Positions 41,501-52,342 of a stretch of DNA of 64,000 nucleotides are shown piece after piece (positions within the stretch are counted from its first letter, which is position 1; each line of letters starts with the position of its first letter). The notes under the pieces are model-generated. The model was not told the DNA's origin. It saw nothing but the letters and a program-made list of their open reading frames with translations, and did no database searches. The DNA comes from Antedon mediterranea. Lineage: Eukaryota; Animalia; Echinodermata. Location: positions 6,904,101 through 6,968,100 of the forward strand of contig NC_092677.1 of NCBI RefSeq assembly GCF_964355755.1. The letters are read 5' to 3'. A program made the translations under genes and the position numbers.

Positions 41501-44500
41501 ACAAACGCTTTTAAACATACTTAAAGTACAAAAAAATATTTGTAATTTTAAGCAAACAGCGTCCTCACAATGTATTTAAATCAATGGGACATTACCTGCT
41601 GACGACAATTTATTACGACCATTATAGAATACAGTATTAACAAAACCCCTTGCTTGTGGAGTTGCCTAAAGACAGCAATGTTGCTATGGGGACTAAAAGT
41701 CACTTAGCATATTAAATGGAGACATTCTAAGTAAAGTAAAGGTCAAACAATATAAAGGTTCTCTGTTTAGTTCGTATCACAATACTATTCTTTAATTGTT
41801 TAAATGTCTAGCAATATTAAGACAGTACCAATAACAACAATTATTCATATCTAAATTAAATGTATTCTAATTTTCAATGGATTGATTGTTTGTTTTTATT
41901 GTGAATTGAACCGTAAGAAAACAAATAAAAAATTAAAGAACTGAACTTGGTGCAATAAATCACATTTTATTATAAATCTGATGATTGCAGAAGGAGCAAT
42001 TGATTGTTTTGTTGTACAGTGAGATGATACATTGCTTTTCACTGCGTTTTGTTTCTTTTGTTTCCTTCCGTGCCAGAGCTTAAAATAAAATCCTTTTCCA
42101 AATTGTTTCTCTTTGATAATAAATGATGATAAAACAATAGTATGCTTACAGTATAATGATAATAACAATGGTAGGACTTAATAAAATGTTTCTAAGCGCC
42201 TTACACACAAAAATGGGAAACCAACAAACTGATTAGAGTGTCTGACGGAGTATCTGATACTGATAGGTTAACAAAATACTGTACTGTAGTCAGAGTGAGT
42301 CTGTGTCTTGAAACAATTTTTTTTTTAGAAACTAAAAAAAAAAGTATAGCCTAAAGACCTAAGTTTGACCTTCCTGTATTAATAAGGCTCAATAATAAGG
42401 ATATAATAATATGTGCTGATTCATCAACATACACAACAACAGTGCAATCATGCTTGGATCTGCTATGCAAATAACTATAAACAGAATCCTGTTCACGTGA
42501 AAGAACTAAGTGCTTGTTCTAGGTACTGTACAGTAACCCAAGAATCACAGATTTTATATGTGATTCAGCTTTTGGAGAAAACAACATCCTGAATGAGCTT
42601 TTTGACAAAAGTAAATAATTTATGGAACCTGAAGAGACCCACGCATGTTATTTGAATGTATCCGAAGTATAACCAAAATGTATGATAAAAATGGATTTAT
42701 TTGTATAATTCTTATATTGCCTTAGAAAGATCACTTGTGTAACTTATCGGCCTAGGCAGATTTTTTTTTTTTTTTTAGAGAGTGTGGGCCTACAGTACTT
42801 GATTTTATTGAGAGACAATCGGGGCCAAACGATCATAATCTTATTCCAAGACAGTTGGGTAAAAACGCGCGTTCGGGCCCATTACACAAATAAAGGAAAG
42901 ACAATCGGATCCACAAAAATGAATTGGATTTATAATCGTTCACTATAAAATAAATTGTGTTCTTTCCACGAATTTGTGATACAAATTTGATAAACCATGT
43001 AAAAGAATTATAAAATATTTTTAGAATAGTTTTATCAACATAACTCGTCAAAAAAATGACAAGTTCAAAGTTAATCTTGCTTGTAGTTGTACTAAAAACC
43101 ATTCATAAAAAAAACAGTTTCTGCTAGACGGTATATTATTGGTAGCATAAAAGAACATATGAAAAAAATAAAAGCACATCAATCAAGCTTACGACTGCTG
43201 CTACACAGAATGACCAGTCAGTGGGTCCCACGTATTATCATCAATAATTTGTTGTTACACAAATATTTCACTTCATTCACTCAAAACTCAATTATAAACT
43301 ATAACGGAACTGATCTTACAAACAATACACTTGACTATTGGAACCAATGATTTAAAGACTATCGGGATGAACGCCTAAGTCTAAGGGCGCGTTTATACAA
43401 CACGCTATTACACGCATATTCTACACGTCTACGAAAAGTGTGTTGTATAACAACAAAGAGATTCCGTGTAATGAGATTTTAATTGCAAAAAAGGCTACTT
43501 GGCTGAATCCTAAAATTTGGTGGATTCCCGGTCGCCGTTACCGTGTTGGAAGTGTCCTCAGGGTATATTTTGACCTCTCGTTAAATTAGGTCGTAATATC
43601 AATCATGTCATGCGACATTGCTAACAAGATTGGGCCCATTTATTGCTGCTTCGCTGCCAGCAATCATCCTCCTACCACGTCTTTTACGCCTAGCCTAGTG
43701 GGGCCAACTCGTAGTGGTAGGCCTAGTAGGCCTCTATCGTTTCCCACTCCAAACAGAATAAAAAATAACATCGCAAAAATGGCATCTTCTTCCATAGTGT
43801 ATAGATGAAACAATGAAACCCTTAAAATAACTTTTATTAATTTAAATGAACCGAGAACAAAATAAACAACAATGCAAACGTGAACAAATACAACAATAAA
43901 AATGGTAAAAACCGCGCGAATACATCGGACAGCGAGGAGGCGACGATGATTGTTGACAACTCAGCCAATTCAAGCGCGATCAACGATTTGACCTTTTATC
44001 CTAGCATGCACTGCGTGTTGATGAAACTTCCGGTATTACACGGTATCGTGATTTCTAGTATAACAGCAAACGTTAAGGTGGGTTGACCTCGGTCCGAACA
44101 ACACGCTAAAAATTAAAGCCGTGTTCAAATTTAGGGTGTTGTATAAACACGACCTAAGATGATCAGGCCAAACGTATAAGACATTCTTTATGGCCCCGAT
44201 CGTCTGTTTACCCTTTTTTTGTATATAATAATTGTGTTGGTAATATTTTAAATCATTAATCAAATAAAACAAAACTAGTTTTGTTACAAACAGTAACAAA
44301 CAAGTGTACACATTATGAACACACATTTAAAAAAGAATAAAATGTTACCATTTCGACTAGCTTGCAGGATAATTGATTGTCCTAAAAGATGTGCTGGTAA
44401 AGATCGTGCTTGCTGTAATCTGGAGCTGCCAGGAGCAAAAATATTGTCTGTATCTAGTGATCTAACTCCTCTTGTTGCTGCTATAGTCAATGGGCTACCG

Positions 44501-44700
44501 CTTGGCGGGCCAGTACCTAGAGACCTAGTCCTGGATCTTTGCTGGCTAGGCCCAGGCGGAGGAGGTCCGGGGTAGGCGGGAAGTGCACTACCGCCACCGT
44601 TTTGGTGTCCATTTCCAACCAGCACAATGCTATTTCCCGCAGGCGAGTTTGGTGACGAATATGTCCGTGCACGAGGGCTAGAACTCACCTTCTGCCCCAT
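26510..44700 (-). CDS. ZNRF2: E3 ubiquitin-protein ligase ZNRF1/ZNRF2-like (203 aa)
   Basis: Exons 44700-44349, 30962-30867, 28925-28820, 26567-26510. Myristoylation-type start MGQKVS, RARTYS motif, UBZ finger GFKCPVCSKMIPSDDVECHLVMCLTKPR, and RING-H2 ECSICLDDMLEGNTIARLPCLCIYHKPCIDSWFEVNRSCPEHP. Probably a pro-orthologue of vertebrate ZNRF1 and ZNRF2. Confidence 0.95.
27690..28166 (+). mobile_element. 3' fragment of an L2/CR1-group LINE
   Basis: The ORF remnant QTREKLYVPKYRTNIGQHSIKYSGAKLWNEIPDDLR...KFKKEMK is typical of the RT C-terminal region of this group. It is followed by a 3' UTR and a (gaaa)n tail. Confidence 0.8.
32308..32626. repeat. Local tandem duplication, period about 166 bp, 2 copies
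   Basis: ataatgtagattgattatggagaccgcaaggaattggtg... at 32308 and 32474, with few substitutions. Confidence 0.9.
37060..40724. mobile_element. Non-autonomous TIR DNA transposon (outer element, about 3.7 kb including its nested insert)
   Basis: Perfect 12-bp TIRs ctggggcggatc (37060-37071) / gatccgccccag (40713-40724), flanked by the direct repeat gtggtg. No transposase ORF seen. Confidence 0.75.
37967..39979. mobile_element. Nested non-autonomous TIR element (9-bp TSD, possibly Mutator-like)
   Basis: TIRs aggtatcccaatgaaa / tttcattgggatacct with the target duplication acttataat on both sides (an equivalent reading is 17-bp TIRs with a 7-bp TSD). An uninterrupted homologue of the host sequence lies inverted at about 45270-45490. 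Confidence 0.85.
43385..44154. mobile_element. PIF/Harbinger-like MITE in ZNRF intron 1
   Basis: 19-bp TIRs gggcgcgtttatacaacac / gtgttgtataaacacgacc (17/19 match), flanked by TAA on both sides. Confidence 0.8.
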
Positions 44701-45021
44701 AATTACAAAAAAATATCATTCAACGATACAACTATATAATCCCTACGTTAGATCCAATGTTATTGGTAGAATTTTAACTCAACATATAACACTATTCCAT
44801 TTAAATTCGTCTTCCATTTTCAGTGCTCAGCAGCCATGTTTTACTTTGTTTTCTTAATTCCGACGAAACCAATATAATGACGTAGGCAAGAGATGAGAGT
44901 TTGCTTTTCATTCAAATGTCAAAAGCGGGTCGATAGGCACGTACGTCATTGAAGCTATTAAAAAAATACAATTGTTAACATTATTATATAATATTATTTA
45001 TTAGACCTATAACTCAAATAT

Positions 45022-45500
45022 CAGGCGCGGATTTAGAGGGGCCGGTCGTCTCTCCTTTTGTAAAATTCAAAAAATAAATTACACGTGCCATACGTTTACG
45101 TATTCATGTAGAGCAATTTTTTTTTAAATAAGTAATAAATCAACTTAAAACTTGCTTCTATCAATTTTCATCAGATCAATTTTTGTTTTCATTAAAATAT
45201 ACATCCAACCATGGAGGTAGACTATGATAAGTTTATACCTCATCCATGATCCAACCATGAAGCGGCCGGTAATCTTCTTACGCCAAGATAGTGCTTTTTC
45301 GTCTGAGAAATAGGCCTATGCTAAAGTGCTAAAAACGTTTTTTTCGATATACCTTTATTATTCAAATTTTTTAGAAAAAAAAAGCACCATAAAGAAGTTT
45401 CATTTTTTTAATTTTGTGAATATTCCGTGATACTAGAAAACCACGTTTTGTGGTATATGATACCATCGTACGTACATTAAGAGCTGAGATTTTTTTCCCG
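45022..45500. mobile_element. Degenerate relative of the 37060-40724 element
   Basis: Starts caggcgcggatttagagggg. The stretch 45270-45490 is the reverse complement of 37790-37965 joined to 39990-40050. Confidence 0.6.
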
Positions 45501-45809
45501 TGATTACTTTTGCAAACGATTTTTGACAATGAGCCTTATTGTTTAAGTATGCGTAGGCCTACTCAACCAATCCAAGTCTTAAAATCTCAGAAATTATTGT
45601 AAGAAATATAATAACGTCTTAGTTAAGTCGAAGATGCTCTCCGGGTGGAATGTCATCCTGAGATGAGTAGTAGTAATTAGTCTTTATTTATTATTACTTT
45701 ATTTTATTTCATTTATATGTAATTTTTTACTTTCTATGGACCAGAGTTTCCGAAATAAAAGATTGAATGAATGAATAAAATAATAACACTTTCTAAAAAA
45801 CTTTAAAAA

Positions 45810-46117
45810 ATATGTATTTATTATACATTAATGCATATAATACCAGGCCTAGACATCGGCATCTTTATACATTTCTATGTATTTGTTCCTAATTTTCTGA
45901 CATAACTTAGATCGAAAGGAAACGGGAAGCAACAGAAAACAAATATGGTGTGCTCCCTTGCCTCTACCACGGTAAGGCTCTCTCACAGCCTTGGGTGGGG
46001 GGAGGGGGCGGAGTAACACACATCAGATGCTTTGATGATGTGGTGGAAAAGGGGGGGGGGGGGGGCGTTTAAGTCTGTGAACACAGAAGCTCGCATAGAT
46101 TTAACTTTATTCCACCG
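45810..46117 (-). pseudogene. Older, diverged partial copy of the structured-RNA body and its downstream flank, lacking the tRNA-like head
   Basis: Homologous to about 46635-46987. Homology stops at ttccaccg, within 2 nt of the 3' end of the tRNA-like head. Confidence 0.6.
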
Positions 46118-46810
46118 TGTTATCTCCTTCATTTTTTTTTGGGTGGGCTTCTTTTCCAGATGAACTTCTTTTCGAGATTACTTTCAAACTAAATGAGGGG
46201 ATCTGCTAGGTTCCCGCCCGGAGAAACTGTTTTTTTTTTACATCATTTGAATAATCTTCTAATGTAAAGATTAACAACATCAAAATTCCACAGTGTGGCG
46301 TGTTGACCGCAATGACTAACAATACTATCTTCCCCACTACACCTGCACCAACTCATTTGCATAATAACGCACAGCATACCAACTGTTCAATATTTGTATA
46401 GGGGTCGCAATCAATGGGTTGGTTGAATGGCCAGGCTGTTCACGTTGCTGTTTTTCATCATTTAATTCATTGTATCAGTTGTTTTGATTTCTCATTATCA
46501 ATTATTCACTTAATTCATTTCATTTATTCATGCTCAAACACAGTAAAATTTAGTACATGGTGTGAAATCATTTTCGTTTGTTCAAAGTTAAAAATTCACA
46601 CACAAATTGTGAAATTATTTATTATAATAATGCATATGTATTTAAATAAATAATAGAGAGAATACACTAGCCAGGCTAGGCATCGGTATCTTTACACATT
46701 TCTATTTATTTGTTCTTACTTTTCTGACATAACTTAGGTGTTCTTAAAATTGAGGGCGCCAAACATAAAATGTACGGGATCGGAAAAAGGCGGGAAGCCA
46801 AAAAAAAAAT

Positions 46811-47053
46811 AAAAAATGATGGTGTGCTCCCTTGCCTCTAGCACGGTAAGGCTCTCTCACAGCCTTGGGGGTACCACACATCAGATGCTTTGATGTTATT
46901 GCCTCATGATGTGTGGTGGAAAGGGGGACGTTTAAATCTGTGAACCCCAAACACAGAAGCTCGCATAGCTTTAACTCTTTTCCACCGACCGGCATGGGTT
47001 TGAACCCACGATAATCGTGTTCCACGACGCTCTACCGACTGAGCTATCCGGCC
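46811..47053 (-). ncRNA. Putative Pol III RNA, about 243 nt: tRNA-like head (47053-46986) plus structured body plus oligo-T (copy A)
   Basis: GGCCGGA-TAGCTCAGTCGGTAGAGC-G-TCGTG-GAA-CACGA-TTATC-GTGGG-TTCAAA-CCCAT-GCCGGTC-G has A and B boxes and paired cloverleaf stems. Four abutting helical domains and TTTTTT follow. It could be a SINE or a TE-internal unit. Confidence 0.6.
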
Positions 47054-47096
47054 CTCTGATTTATAGCAAGGTTAAAACTAGATTAGTTTCCTCAAA

Positions 47097-47145
47097 TTAC
47101 GTCATGAATATGCAAATTTATGACGTAACGATTAGATTGACGTAA
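47097..47145. promoter_or_regulatory. CRE/ATF-octamer-CRE palindrome plus a third CRE-like site between divergent Pol III-type units (also at +1970 and +5537)
   Basis: ttacgtcatgaatatgcaaatttatgacgtaa (47097-47128) matches its reverse complement at 28 of 32 positions and contains ATGCAAAT. ttgacgtaa lies at 47137-47145. Confidence 0.55.
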
Positions 47146-47201
47146 TATGAAGCGCGTAGATTACACTATTGTCACCTTTCATTACTCGTGTACATTGTGT
47201 G

Positions 47202-47294
47202 GCATAACGGGTAGTGGTCTAGTAGCTATCGTTTGAGTTCTCTCAGCTCTACTTATAGCTGGGGTTCGAATCTCTACGGGTTGCTTTTTTTTTT
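47202..47294 (+). ncRNA. Putative short Pol III RNA, about 85-90 nt (degenerate tRNA or vault-RNA-like layout), copy A
   Basis: A-box tggtctagtag (47215-47225), B-box ggttcgaatct (47263-47273), imperfect terminal pairing aacgggtag...ctacgggtt, and a T10 terminator immediately after. Confidence 0.5.
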
Positions 47295-47604
47295 AATACA
47301 TATAAAATGTTTTTCTTTTATTTTGAAAGAGAGATATTTGGAGAGTTAAGGTAATTTAGGATAGACAGCAGGGGCTGGTCCAAGAGTCCATTTTTTCGGG
47401 CACTTACCAACTCTATTTTTCAAAATTATTAGCTCCACCCAACCATGGTGGGCTAGTCCTGTATATATTAGCTCCACCACAGCCAAACATGGTGGACTGG
47501 TCCTGTAGACTTATAATTTCGTTTCATATATCAATGTATTCATGCAACTTTCTATTGACTATGTAGGATGCAACACAAGAACATAACGCAAACCAGTCAA
47601 GTAA

Positions 47605-47785
47605 AGCTTGGTTCCCACTATAGAACGCAACGCAAGGACGTAAACGCAACGCAAGCGTTTTAACCAATGACAAGAGAAGTTATAGACAGTTAGCAATCAC
47701 AAGCGAATAAGCCATGGCTTGTGATTGGTCAATTCACTTGCGTTGTGTTACGTCATTGTGTTGCGTCGCTAGTGGGAACCACGCT
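47605..47785. mobile_element. MITE (Harbinger-like) present in each tandem unit
   Basis: TIRs agcttggttcccacta / tagtgggaaccacgct with internal (aacgc)/(gcgtt) inverted repeats. A related end lies at about 4016-4031. Confidence 0.7.
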
Positions 47786-48775
47786 TCAGTTGGAATAAGC
47801 CTAGCTTTCGATTAGTCAATTCGCTTGCGTTGCGGCTTACGTCAGGATATAGCCGACCTCCATTTTTTTTAAAGTTAAATTGTATTTATTTGGACCGTAT
47901 TTAATGAGGGTGATCCATCTAGCAATTGCTGATTTGGGACCCTCAGAACAGATACAATACACAAAATACAACAATAACAGAAAGTAAAAGAAAAACAAAA
48001 GCCTATAAATAAAATTAATGACATGAGAATTAAAAATCTGAATAAAAAAAATTTTGAATATAGTAAATAACTGATATGTTAAATTAAGCAAAAATAATAA
48101 ATATATATTAGCTCTAATATTTTACAATTTAAAGGCTGGAAAATTACACATAATTTGGAGAAAAGTCATAAGTATAGTTTTGAATGACTCGGAAAAGGAT
48201 AATGAATTGCGGATAGATAGAGAAGATCATAATGAGGGGCCTTGTAGCTGAAAGTGTGGCCACAGTGTGGCGTGTTGACCGCAATGACTAACAATACTAC
48301 CTTCCCCACTACACCTGCACCAACTCATTTGCATAATAACGCACAGCATACCAACTGTTCAATATTTGTATAGGGGTCGCAATCAATGGGTTGGTTGAAT
48401 GGCCAGGCTGTTCAGGCTGCTATTTTTCATCATTTAATTCATTGTATCAGTTGTTTTGAGTTCTCATTATCAATTATTCACTTAATTCATTTCATTTATT
48501 TATGCTCAAACACAGTAAAATGTAGTACATGGTTTGAAATCATTTTCGTTTGTTCAAAGTTAAACATTCACGTACACAAATTGTGAAATTATTTATTATA
48601 ATAATGCATATGTATTTAAATAAATAATAGAGAGAATACACTAGCCAGGCTAGTATCTTACACATCTTTACACATTTCTATTTATTTGTTCTTACTTTTC
48701 TGACATAACTTAGGTGTTCTTAAAATTGAGGGCGCCAAACATAAAATTTACGGGATCGGAAAAAGTCGGGAAGCC

Positions 48776-49023
48776 AAAAAAAAAAATGATGGTGTGCTCC
48801 CTTGCCTCTAGCACGGTAAGGCTCTCTCACAGCCTTGGGGGTACCACACATCAGATGCTTTGATGTTATTGCCTCATGATGTGTGGTGGAAAGGGGGACG
48901 TTTAAATCTGTGAACCCCAAACACAGAAGCTCGCATAGCTTTAACTCTTTTCCACCGACCGGCATGGGTTTGAACCCACGATAATCGTGTTCCACGACGC
49001 TCTACCGACTGAGCTATCCGGCC
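48776..49023 (-). ncRNA. Putative Pol III tRNA-mimic plus structured RNA, copy B
   Basis: Identical to copy A up to the T-run. Confidence 0.6.
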
Positions 49024-49171
49024 CTCTGATTTATAGCAAGGTTAAAACTAGATTAGTTTCCTCAAATTACGTCATGAATATGCAAATTTATGACGTAACG
49101 ATTAGATTGACGTAATATGAAGCGCGTAGATTACACTATTGTCACCTTTCATTACTCGTGTACATTGTGTG

Positions 49172-49266
49172 GCATAACGGGTAGTGGTCTAGTAGCTATC
49201 GTTTGAGTTCTCTCAGCTCTACTTATAGCTGGGGTTCGAATCTCTACGGGTTGCTTTTTTTTTTTT
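49172..49266 (+). ncRNA. Putative short Pol III RNA, copy B
   Basis: Identical to copy A, with a T12 terminator. Confidence 0.5.
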
Positions 49267-50077
49267 AATACATATAAAATGTTTTTCTTTTATTTTGAAA
49301 GAGAGATATTTGGAGAGTTAAGGTAATTTAGGATAGACAGGGGCTGGTCCTAGAGTCCATTTTTCCGGGCACTTACCAACTCTATTTTTCAAAATTATTA
49401 GCTCCACCCAACCATGGTGGGTTAGTCCTGTATATTTATAATTTCGTTTCATATTTTAATGTATACGTAATTTCCGGGCACATAGCAGTTCTATTTTTCA
49501 AAATTATTATTAGCTCCACCACAGCCAAACAATAATTTCGTTTCATATATCAATGTATTCATGCAACTTTCTATTGACTATGTAGGATGCAACACAAGAA
49601 CATAACGCAAACCAGTCAAGTAAAGCTTGGTTCCCACTATAGAACGCAACGCAAGGACGTAAACGCAACGCAAGCGTTTTAACCAATGACAAGAGAAGTT
49701 ATAGACAGTTAGCAATCACAAGCGAATAAGCCATGGCTTGTGATTGGTCAATTCACTTGCGTTGTGTTACGTCATTGTGTTGCGTCGCTAGTGGGAACCA
49801 CGCTTCAGTTGGAATAAGCCTAGCTTTCGATTAGTCAATTCGCTTGCGTTGCGGCTTACGTCAGGATATAGCCGACCTCCATTTTTTTTAAAGTTAAATT
49901 GTATTTATTTGGACCGTATTTAATGAGGGTGATCCATCTAGCAATTGCTGATTTGGGACCCTCAGAACAGATACAATACACAAAATACAACAATAACAGA
50001 AAGTAAAAGAAAAACAAAAGCCTATAAATAAAATTAATGACATGAGAATTAAAAATCTGAATAAAAAAAATTTTGAA

Positions 50078-51625
50078 TCTATATATAAATTTACGTAAGG
50101 GCAAAATTCGGTAAATCGCGCCTTACTTTTAGAATTTTTACTCGATGGTATGTAAAGTTGGTTCGTACTTTCGGTACTGATTTTAACCACCTGATGTAAC
50201 CCTGTTTACTAATTAAATTAAGTTAGATAATTAGTTATTGACGATTAAAACGAATTTAGGTTCAAAGATTTGCCCCAAATAGGGGTGTTTTCCGATCGTG
50301 GTATACACTGTCTAATGGATGTCCATCTTGAAAAATACCCGCCACAAAAATGCGAGGAGGCTTCGCATTTTTCTATCTCCTCCTACGATAATTGTTTTTA
50401 ATAGCTGAAAACCGGTTGAACAGTTCGAGTACAGCATCATAATGTTGAAGACAGGCCGATTTTCTTTAAAAAATACTATTTTGATACATTTAATATACGT
50501 TTTTACAAATGTATTGATTTGTGATGAATGGAACATTCCAAATTATTTGGTTTAACCATACAGGTATAGATTTAGATTTATGGGCCTCCTTGGAGAATAA
50601 ACATAAATAGTATTGCAATGCTGTACAATACTGTTAAGGTATTAACCACTTTTGATCGCAATTTGAATCGCAAATGTCTTACTGTGAGTGTTGGTACTGT
50701 TAGATGTAATATAAAAATATATACAAATAAACTTTATTACTGTGAGTGTGGGTAGGCCCTACTGTTAGATTATAAACATATAATATACAAATAAACATTC
50801 CAAATTATTTGGTTTAACCATAGAGGTATAGATTTAGATTTATGGGCCCCCTTGGAGAATAAACATAAATAGTATTGCAATGCTGTACAATACTGTTAAG
50901 GTATTAACCACTTTTGATCGCAATTTGAATCGCAAATTTCTTACTGTGAGTGTTGGTACTGTTAGATGTAATATAAAAATATATACAAATAAACTTTATT
51001 ACTGTGAGTGTGGGTAGGCCCTACTGTTAGATTATAAACATATAATATACAAATAAATAAACGTTATTACTGACAGTTGCTTCTCAACGTTTGTATTAAT
51101 TAATAATTTAAAAATATATAAACGTCGTAGTGGTGTATCGTTACATGTACTTTACTATTTCAATCGACTATGACAGTGAGAGTTTTAACAAAGTACCGTA
51201 TTAAATCGTAAATGTTTTACTGTATTTAGTGGTATATTATTTATAGGCCTATAAAACATTAAAAACAATATTTCGTTACTGAGTGGATAAGAATAAATTT
51301 TAAAATGTTTCCTCTTTGTACCTATCTTCTTCCCCCATCCCTCAACCCTTAATGTTACATACAAAACACAAATTGGGTTTGTTTAAATGAGTCCAAATAA
51401 AAAAAATTGTTTCTCTCTCGGAAGTAATTCCCAGGGTGCTAATTTTGGTTGACTACATAAATCATTGTGTATATTTATTCGTTTCTGTAAACGACAATGT
51501 ATTATAGTCCTGCGGTACGTACATTTGAAATCTCCATTTTTTTCTCGCTGGAAATACTGTGTATTCGAGAACCATCTGTGGGCACGACCTAGATGGTACG
51601 CGAGCGAAGCGAGCGTGCCATCTAG
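50078..51625 (+). mobile_element. Non-autonomous Helitron, 1548 bp
   Basis: 5' TC (tctatatata) and 3' CTAG, with the terminal hairpin ctagatggtacgc-gagcgaagcga-gcgtgccatctag. Inserted between A and T with no TSD. The empty site ttttgaa|tatagtaaat is visible in units A and C. Confidence 0.93.
50532..51055. repeat. 262-bp tandem duplication inside the Helitron
   Basis: aacattccaaattatttggtttaaccat... at 50532 and 50794, near-identical, with ttactgtgagtgt subrepeats. Confidence 0.9.
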
Positions 51626-52342
51626 TATAGTAAATAACTGATATGTTAAATTAAGCAAAAATAATAAATATATATTAGCTCTAATATTTTACAATTTAAA
51701 GGCTGGAAAATTACACATAATTTGGAGAAAAGTCATAAGTATAGTTTTGAATGACTCGGAAAAGGATAATGAATTGCGGATAGATAGAGAAGATCATAAT
51801 GAGGGGCCTTGTAGCTGAAAGTGTGGCCACAGTGTGGCGTGTTGACCGCAATGACTAACAATACTACCTTCCCCACTACACCTGCACCAACTCATTTGCA
51901 TAATAACGCACAGCATACCAACTGTTCAATATTTGTATAGGGGTCGCAATCAATGGGTTGGTTGAATGGCCAGGCTGTTCAGGCTGCTATTTTTCATCAT
52001 TTAATTCATTGTATCAGTTGTTTTGAGTTCTCATTATCAATTATTCACTTAATTCATTTCATTTATTTATGCTCAAACACAGTAAAATGTAGTACATGGT
52101 TTGAAATCATTTTCGTTTGTTCAAAGTTAAACATTCACGTACACAAATTGTGAAATTATTTATTATAATAATGCATATGTATTTAAATAAATAATAGAGA
52201 GAATACACTAGCCAGGCTAGTATCTTACACATCTTTACACATTTCTATTTATTTGTTCTTACTTTTCTGACATAACTTAGGTGTTCTTAAAATTGAGGGC
52301 GCCAAACATAAAATTTACGGGATCGGAAAAAGTCGGGAAGCC

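Noticed and set aside
46817-46986. Hammerhead ribozyme, or telomerase, RNase P or 7SK RNA
   Set aside because: No CUGAUGA...GAAA core (only CUGAUGU), no telomeric template, and no RNase P or 7SK signature that I can recognise by eye.
46744-47025. ORF MEHDYRGFKPMP... repeated three times (also 48720-48995, 52287-52562), and the other repeated ORFs in the array
   Set aside because: Non-ATG start inside the tRNA-like head, runs through a variable T-tract, no recognisable domain. The recurrence only reflects the tandem duplication.
46986-47053. Functional tRNA-Phe(GAA) or tRNA-Lys gene
   Set aside because: The anticodon loop is only 3 nt, the T-loop is 6 nt, and the terminator is about 170 nt downstream.
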